From: Cereibacter sphaeroides 2.4.1
Lineage (GTDB): Bacteria > Pseudomonadota > Alphaproteobacteria > Rhodobacterales > Rhodobacteraceae
Direction: 5' to 3'
DNA: 32,000 nucleotides
Assembly (NCBI RefSeq): GCF_000012905.2
Contig: NC_007494.2
Span: forward strand, 690,001-722,000
Position numbers and translations under genes: made by a program. Under the pieces are notes generated by a model. The model ran no database searches. It worked only from the letters and a program-made list of their open reading frames with translations, and was not told the DNA's origin. Of the stretch, positions 23,067-30,500 are shown one piece after another; within the stretch, counting starts at the first letter, position 1, and each line of letters starts with the position of its first letter.

Positions 23067-23208
23067 TCGGGCGCGCGGTGCGGGCGATGCCGCCGGGTGA
23101 GCGGCCACAACTGGCAGATCAGAACGGGACGATGCGGGAGCCGGACACAGTCCGCCCGGATCGGAGCGCGGTGCAGAGGGAGACGGCGGCATGATCGGCA
23201 GCGCGGTG
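23056..23208 (+). repeat. 25-bp direct repeat spanning two consecutive gene junctions
   Basis: CGGCGGCATGATCGGGCGCGCGGTG (23056-23080) and CGGCGGCATGATCGGCAGCGCGGTG (23184-23208) match 23/25, 128 bp apart. Each contains an ATGA stop-start overlap. Confidence 0.8.
23063..23194 (+). CDS. possible 43-codon coupled ORF
   Basis: The product is MIGRAVRAMPPGERPQLADQNGTMREPDTVRPDRSAVQRETAA. Its ATG overlaps the upstream stop (ATGA) and its TGA overlaps the downstream ATG (ATGA). It is below the ORF-track size cut-off, so coding status is uncertain. Confidence 0.3.
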   Translation: MIGRAVRAMPPGERPQLADQNGTMREPDTVRPDRSAVQRETAA

Positions 23209-23811
23209 GACATGCGGCGGGCCGAGCCGGTGCGGCAACACCAAGAGCAACAACAAGGAAAGGCGTACCGCATGAAGGGCGCGAAGGGCCGGAAGGCCAT
23301 GAAGGCGAAGCTGGTGAGCCTGAAGCTCGCGCCGTGGGATCTGGGGCCGCTGACGCCCGCGCAGATCGCGGGCAAGCGGATCGAGGAGGCGGCCGAGGTC
23401 GACCCGAAGACCGGCAAGAAGAGCAACCCGAACCGGGTGATCCGCACGCGGCGGGAGACCTGGGTCGACCGCTACCATCGGCAGGGCAAGCTCTCGGTCG
23501 AGCAGGCGAACATCGCGGCCGAACTCTTCGAGGCGGCCTCGGGCATGCTCTCGCGCGATCCGCTGGCCGCCATGGTGAAGGTGGACACCAGCGGCACCTA
23601 TGACCCCGAGGCCGAGCGGATGGATCGGCGGCGCAAGTTCTTCCGCATGTGGGAGGAGATCCCGAGCTTCGCGCAGCCGGTGGTCAAGCATGTCGTGCTC
23701 GACGACCAGTCGCTCCGCAGCATGCCCGGGCGGCTCAACGGCCGGCACGAGGCCCGCCAGCTCGACCGCCTCCAGCGCGGCCTCGACGCGCTCCGCGAGG
23801 CCTGGAGCTGA
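23191..23811 (+). CDS. hypothetical protein, 206 aa, basic N-terminus
   Basis: The product reads MIGSAVDMRRAEP...KGAKGRKAMKAKLVSLKL...RRETWVDRYHRQGKLSVEQANIAAELFEAASGM.... It is the last rightward gene. Alternative internal starts exist (MRRAEP, MKGAKG). No secure family is recognised. Confidence 0.5.
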   Translation: MIGSAVDMRRAEPVRQHQEQQQGKAYRMKGAKGRKAMKAKLVSLKLAPWDLGPLTPAQIAGKRIEEAAEVDPKTGKKSNPNRVIRTRRETWVDRYHRQGKLSVEQANIAAELFEAASGMLSRDPLAAMVKVDTSGTYDPEAERMDRRRKFFRMWEEIPSFAQPVVKHVVLDDQSLRSMPGRLNGRHEARQLDRLQRGLDALREAWS

Positions 23812-23851
23812 CATCCACCTGAGGCGGCCCGGACTGCCCCCGTCGATCGCG

Positions 23852-23884
23852 AGCGCCCGGCGAGCTCCCGGCTCTCCGGGCGCT
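23852..23884 (+). other. strong G/C hairpin 40 nt after the last rightward gene
   Basis: AGCGCCCGG-c-GAGC-tcccg-GCTC-t-CCGGGCGCT forms 13 bp of stem with symmetric 1-nt bulges. There is no U-tract, so it is either a terminator without a T-run or a protein-binding palindrome. Confidence 0.4.
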
Positions 23885-24349
23885 TCGCCCTCGAGCCCTT
23901 CCGAGACGGGCGCCGCAGCCGTCCCCCACCGGGGGGTATCGAAAAATCGGAGGGAGGTCCCGTGTCACCGGCGCTCGAACCTTCCTTTTCACGCGCGGCG
24001 AATTGGGAAAAAAAGCCCACGTTATCCGCTCACGAACGCTGACCCAGATTAGTGCGTCACGATCTTCTTGCGCGCAGGATGAGGGAGCCGCTCTCCACTC
24101 GCCGCCCGCCCGCGGGTGAGGATACCCGTGTCTTCCCGCCGTCTTGCCAAGCATCGTCCACCTGCAGAGGCCGGAAAGTCTGCGCGTTGTACGGAAGGAC
24201 ATCGGACCATTACGGCCGCCTCTTCGGCCGACCCACATGCCCCCCGCAGATCCGATCACGGCAGGTGCTGGGGCGATCGCAGCACAGGGCCGAAACGCGG
24301 GCATCATGGCGGGTGGGTTCTCCTTGTAACCGGCGAGATAGGAAAAGCG

Positions 24350-24532
24350 ATGGACTGGAGTCAGATCGAACGAAAATGGGGTGAGATGGCGCGACGCGTG
24401 CAGCCCGGATCCGGCCTCGCATCCAACGATACGGCCCCCGAGGCTACGGACGCCGCGCAGCAGACGGGCGATGTCGGCACTCCTCCGGCGCAGACCGAGG
24501 GCACTACCGCCATGCGGCCAATCCGGGCGTGA
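24350..24532 (+). CDS. hypothetical 60-aa protein, N-terminus CsbD-like, coupled to cgs
   Basis: An AGGAAAAG SD lies 3-10 nt upstream of ATG 24350. The product is MDWSQIERKWGEMARRVQPGSGLASNDTAPEATDAAQQTGDVGTPPAQTEGTTAMRPIRA. The first ~17 aa resemble the CsbD-family start (M.W..IEG.WK..KG.V) and the rest is low-complexity. Its stop overlaps the GTG of the next gene (GTGA). Confidence 0.4.
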   Translation: MDWSQIERKWGEMARRVQPGSGLASNDTAPEATDAAQQTGDVGTPPAQTEGTTAMRPIRA

Positions 24533-27500
24533 GCTTCCCCACGAATATCGCCGCCGGGTTCAAGGCGCTCCTGCGGCCACCGCTGTCCTGGGGCAGGGCG
24601 GCGCAGGCGCCGTGGCACGACCCCTCGCCGATCCGCGAGGAGCTGTTCGGCCCGGAGCGACTGGAGGATCATGCGACGAGTCTTGCGCGCATTCAAACGA
24701 TTGCGCTTCGGCCACGACGGGTTCTGGCGCTGAACCGGCGGCTGAAGGACAATGCTGCCGCCCTGCTGGCGGCCTATCGCTCTAACGGTGCCGCCCTGAT
24801 CCGGCACCAGCCGGTGTCGCCGGCGGCCCAGTGGCTGCTGGACAACTACCACCTTGTCGAGAAGCAGCTGGTCCAGATCGCGCTGGATCTGCCGGAGGGC
24901 TACTACCGACAGTTGCCGAAGCTGGCGGAAGGTCCCTTTGCCGGCTATCCGCGCGTACTGGAACTGGCCTGGGCCTATGTCGCCCATACCGACAGCCTCG
25001 TTGCCGGCCCCATGCTGGGCCGCTTCGTGCAAGCCTATCAGCAGGTCCAGCCGCTGATGATCGGCGAGCTTTGGGCGGTAGCGATCACGCTGCGGATCGT
25101 GTTGATCGAGAACATGCGCCGGTTGGCCGTGCAGATCGGCGAGGCGCATGACCTGAGGTTGGCGGCAGACGCGCTGGTGGACGGAGGCAGGGAGGTGAGG
25201 CTCCCGAACGGTGAGTTGCCCGAGATCCTGGCCGCGCAGATTGCCAAGCGGCTGCGCGGTTGCGATCCCGGCGACACCCCGCTGCTGGGCTGGCTCGAGG
25301 ATCGGCTGCATCGTCAGGGCACTGATCTGGAAGATGTGGTGGAGCGAGCGCAGGCGCGGCAGGGCGCCTCGAACGTAACGATGCGCAACATCGTCACCAG
25401 CATGCGCACGCTCTCGGAGATCGACTGGGCCGTGTTCTTCGAGGAGATGAGCCGGGTGGATGCGCGGCTCGGCGCGGCCTCGGATTTCGCTGCGATGGAC
25501 TTCGCGACGCGCGACAGGTATCGCGCGGCGATCGAGACACTGGCCCGCGGATCCGCCGCGAGCGAGCTGGAGGTGACCGAGGCCGCACTGGCGCAGGCCG
25601 CCCAGGGCAGAACCCCGCGCCAACGCGAACCGGGCCACGCACTGATCGGCTCGGGCCGGGCCGCGCTCGAAACCCGAATCGGCTACCGCCCGCCGCTGTC
25701 TCGTCGGCTGTTCCGGGAGATCGGGCGGGTCGGGCTCGCGGGTTACGGCGGCACCATCGCGGTGTCCTCGGCTGCCGTGCTGGCCGGCGCGGGCTGGGCA
25801 TCGGCCACTGCAGGCGCCCCCGTTGCGGTGCTTCTGCCGCTGGGGCTTCTGGCGCTGATGCCCGCGACCGAAGCTGCGACCGCGCTGGTCAATCTGGTCG
25901 TCACCCGCAGCGTGTCGCCCGCGCCGTTGCCGGGGCTCGATCTGGCGGGGGGCGTGCCGGAGACTCTGCGCACGCTCGTCGCGGTGCCGGTGCTGCTGAC
26001 GGGGCCGCAGGATCTGGCCGAACATCTGGAGCGGCTCGAGGTGCATCACCTCTCGAGCGTCGGCGGAGCGGTGCATTATGCGCTGGTTTCGGACGGGCCG
26101 GACGCCGCGACCGAGACCACCCCGGCCGATGCGGCGCTGATCGTGCAGGCGGAGGCCGGGATCGCGCGGCTGAACGCGGCGCATCCCTCCGAGCGGGGCG
26201 ACCGCTTTCTGCTGCTGCACCGCCGTCGGCACTGGAACGCGTCGGAAGGCTGCTGGATGGGGTGGGAGCGCAAGCGCGGCAAGCTCGTGGAGTTGAACCG
26301 GCTGCTGCGCGGGGCGACCGACACGAGCTTTCTCGCCTGCGCCGTGCCGCGGGACGTGCAGTTCGTGCTGACGCTCGATGCAGACACGCGCTTGCCGCGC
26401 GATGCGGTGCGGCGGCTGATCGGCAAGCTGGCCCATCCGCTGAACCGGCCCCATCTGGATGCGGCCCGCCAGCGCGTTACGGAAGGCTACGGCATCCTGC
26501 AGCCGCGCGTCACGCCCGCTCTTCCCGTCGGGAAGGACGGTTCGGCCTTTCAGCGCATCATCTCGAGCCCCGGCGGCATCGAGCCCTATGCGGCGGCGAT
26601 TTCGGACGTCTATCAGGACCTGTTCGGCGAAGGCTCCTTCACCGGCAAGGGCATCTACAATGTCGACGCCTTCGCGGCAGCCCTGCACGGACGGGTGCCG
26701 GAAAATGCAATGCTGAGCCACGACCTTTACGAAGGGATCTTCGCCCGCGCGGCGCTGGTCTCGGACGTGGAGCTGGTCGAGGAGTTCCCGGCCCGCCACG
26801 ATGTCGCAGCCCGCCGCCAGCATCGCTGGGTGCGCGGCGACTGGCAGCTCTTGCCGTGGGTGTTCGGGGCGAGGCGGCACGGGCTGACATCGCTGGGGCG
26901 CTGGAAGATCGTCGACAATCTGCGCCGGTCGCTGGTCGCGCCTTCAGCCGTGGCGGCGCTGGCGGCGGGCTGGCTGCTGCCCCTGCCGCAGGCGGCGCTG
27001 ACCACGCTCCTGATCCTGGCCATGCTGTCGCTGGGCCACCTCTTGTCGCTGCCCTTCGCCATCCTGCCAGGGCGCGCGGGCATCACCTCGCGCAGCCATT
27101 TCGCGGCGCTGGCCGGCGACACCGCCGCCGCGCTCCGCCAGATCGGGTTGGAGATTGCGCTGCTGCCCGAAACCGGCTGGCGGATGCTCGATGCCATCGG
27201 TCGCACGGTCTGGCGGATGGGGGTCAGCCGACGGCATCTGCTGGAATGGGTGACGGCGGCGCAATCGGCCGGCGGCGGCAGGCCCGGTCCTGCGGCCAGC
27301 TACCGCGGCATGGCGGGCGGTGTGGGCCTCGGTCTCGGCGCCTGTGGCGTCGTGCTGGCGAACCCGCCGGTCTGGCCGCTGGTCCTGCCCTTCGCCCTGC
27401 TGTGGCTGGGGGCGCCCGCTCTGGCATGGCGGCTCAGCCAGCCAGGAACCGCCGCACCTGCCATCGTGTCGCCCCGCGACGCGCGCGAGCTGCGCCTGAT

Positions 27501-30500
27501 CGCCCGCCGCACATGGCGTTATTTCGAGACCTTCGTCACCGAGGCCAGCCACCATCTGCCGCCCGACAACTTTCAGGAGATGCCCCGGCCAGTCGTGGCA
27601 CAGCGCACCTCGCCCACCAACATCGGCCTTTACCTTCTCTCAACGGTGGTCGCCCGCGACATGGGCTGGATCGGTCAGGGCGAGACGCTGCGCCGGCTCG
27701 AGGAGACGATGGCGACCATGCAGCGGATGCGGCGCTTCCGCGGACATTTCTTCAACTGGTATGACACCGCCGATCTGCGGGTGTTGCCCCCGGCCTATGT
27801 TTCCTCGGTCGACAGCGGCAATCTCGCCGGGCACCTGCTGGCCGTCGCGCAGTCCTGCCGGGACTGGCAGGCGCCGGTGCCCCGGGATGTTCTGCACGCC
27901 GGCCTTGCCGATGCGCTGGCGCTGGCGCGCGAGGACGGGGAAGGCCCGACCGAGCTTCTGGCGCGGATGCAGGCGGCGCGCCCCGACGCGCTCGAGGCGC
28001 TGATCGAGGTGGCCATGGACGGCCCGTCCCCCGGCTGGCTGGTGGCACTGCGTGGCCGTCTGGCCGATCATCGCGCTGACACGGGCACGGACTTCGCCCC
28101 AAGGCTTCAGGCGCTCGAGACGCAGGCGCACCGGATGGCGCTCGCGATGGACTTCGCCTTCCTGCTCGATCCCGAGAAGAAGCTCCTTTCGATCGGCTTT
28201 TCCTCGGAGACCAACAGCCTCGACGCCAATTGCTACGACCTCCTCGCCTCGGAGGCGCGGCTGGCGAGCCTCTTCGCCATCGCCAAGGGCGATGTCCCGA
28301 CCCGGCACTGGTTCCGGCTGGGGCGCAGCGCCACACCGGTCCGGGCGGGAGCGGCGCTGATTTCCTGGTCGGGCAGCATGTTCGAATATCTGATGCCGTC
28401 GCTGGTGATGCGCGCGCCGCGGGGCTCGCTGCTCGAACAGACCAACCGGCTGATCGTGACGCGCCAGCAGGATCATGGCCGGGCCCTGGGCATCCCGTGG
28501 GGGGTCTCGGAATCCTCCTTCAACGCCCGCGATCTGGAGATGACCTATCAATACTCGAACTTTGGCGTGCCGGGTCTGGGCCTGAAGCGCGGGCTGGGCG
28601 CGGACCGGGTGATCGCGCCCTATGCCACGGGGCTGGCCGCGATGGTGGATCCGGCCGCGGCGGTGCGCAACTTTCGGGCCCTTCGCGCCCTCGGGGCAGA
28701 GGGTCGCCACGGCTTCTACGAGGCGGTGGATTTCACCACGAGCCGCCTGCCCGAGGGCGAGAGCGCTGCCGTGGTCCGGAGCTTCATGGCGCATCATCAG
28801 GGCATGACCATCGCCGGCATCGCCAATATCGTGCAGGACGGCCTCCTGCGCCGCCGCTTTCATGCCGACCCTCTGGTGCAGGCGGTGGACCTGCTGCTGC
28901 AGGAGCGCGTGCCGCGCGATGTGAACGCCGCCCATCCGCACGCCGAGGAGATGCCGGTGGCCGCCGCTGCGCCCGACGCGCCTCCGACCGTCCGGCGGAT
29001 CGATGCTCCCGAGGTCGAGGCGCCCACTGCACACCTTCTGTCGAACGGCCGCTATGGCGTGATGCTGACGTCCACCGGCGCGGGCTTCAGCCAGTGGCGC
29101 GACATGGCCGTGACCCGCTGGCGCCCTGATGCCACCCGCGATGCGCTCGGAACCTTCCTCTTCGCGAGCGACGTGGCGTCAGGGGCGCTCTGGTCGGCCG
29201 GGGTTCAACCGGTGCCGGGCCCAGGCCGCCGCTCCGCCGTTTTCAGTGAGCATCAGGCCGCCTTTACGCACCGGCAGGGCACGCTCCTGACCACGGCCGA
29301 GGTCGTCGTCTCGGCCGAGGACGATGCCGAGGCGCGGCGGGTCACACTGGGCAATACCGGGCGTCAGCTGCGCGAGATCGATCTGACCTCCTATGCCGAG
29401 CTGGTGCTGGCGCCCGCCGCCGCGGATCTGGCCCATCCCGCCTTCTCCAAGCTCTTCGTGGTGACCGACCATCTGCCGGAGCTTGGGGTCATCGTTGCCA
29501 CCCGCCGCCGTCGCTCACCGGGCGAGCCCGAGGTCTGGGCAGCCCACATGGCCGTGGTGGAAGGGACCGAGAGCGCACCTGCCCAGATCGAGACGGACCG
29601 GGCGCGCTTCATCGGGCGCGGCCGGTCGCTGGCCGATCCGGCGATGGCGCAGGCGCCGCTGTCCGGCACCACCGGCACCGTGCTGGATCCGATCTTCGCA
29701 ATCCGACGCCGTGTTCTGGTGCCGGGCGGAGGCATGGCGCGCGTGACCTTCTGGACCATGGTTGCCGAGAGCGCGGAGAGGCTGCTCGACATGGTGGACC
29801 GCCACCGCGATCCGTCGGCCTTCGAGCGCGCGACGACGCTGGCCTGGACCAAGTCGCAGGTGCAGCTGCGCCATCTCGACGTGAGCGGCGCCGAGGCGGC
29901 CGATTTCCAGCGGCTCGCCGGGTTCGTCCTGCGCAGCGACGGCCGGCTGCGCCCCTCGCGGGCGCGGATCGCGGCCGGGGCAGGGCCGCAGTCGGGCCTC
30001 TGGCCGCAAGGCATCTCGGGCGACCTGCCCATCGTGCTCCTGCAGATCGAGGATCTCGAGGACCTGGACAAGGTGGCCCAGCTGCTCGCCGCGCACGAAT
30101 ACTGGCGCGCCCGGCAGTTTCCGGTCGATCTGGTGATCCTGAACGACCGGGCCGCGAGTTATGTGCAGGACCTTCAGGGCGCGATCGAGACGGCCGTGCG
30201 CTCGTCGCAATCGCGGCCGCGAACGGACGCGGGCGTGGTGGAAGGACGTGGCGGCGTCTTTGCGCTGCGCGCCGACCGGATGACGGCCGAGGCGCGGGCG
30301 CTGGTCCTGTCGGTGGCGCGGGTGGTGCTGGTGGCGCGGCGCGGGAACATCGGGCAGCAGATGGAGACCCTCTCCGCGGCCTTGGCGCCGCATCGGCCTG
30401 CGGCTTCGATGCCGCCGCAACCCGATCCCGCCCCCGCGCCAGAGGCGCTGGAATTCTTCAACGGCACCGGCGGCTTTGCCGAGGACGGCCGCGAATATGT

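Larger units (their letters stand above)
14779..23936. mobile_element. integrated tRNA-associated element (~9 kb): serine recombinase, ParB-like, GapR-like, XRE repressor switch, DUF1937/DUF1376 module, ori-like repeats; no virion genes seen
   Basis: The recombinase gene abuts and overlaps the tRNA. Gene content is phage/ICE-like and several stretches are visibly A/T-richer than the flanks (about 19.78-20.56 kb, 22.30-22.48 kb, 23.94-24.06 kb). The left end is anchored by the tRNA. The right end is not defined, since serine recombinases leave no long direct repeat; it lies somewhere in 23812-24349. Confidence 0.7.

Noticed and set aside
23735-24422. ORFs 23735-24307 (minus), 24052-24384 (plus), 24144-24329 (plus) and 24210-24422 (minus) in the element-cgs gap
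   Set aside because: The products are Arg/Pro/Gly/Cys-rich with no SD or motif and they overlap one another. There is no coding support.
24546-24582. tRNA-3'-end-like string (GGGTTCAAG...GCCACC) that might mark attR or a displaced tRNA fragment
   Set aside because: Only about 9 contiguous matches plus scattered identities to the tRNA-Met T-arm and acceptor. It lies inside the cgs coding frame (residues NIAAGFKALLRPP), and no alternative cgs start exists downstream before the conserved IREELF region. It is most likely a chance match in G/C-rich DNA.
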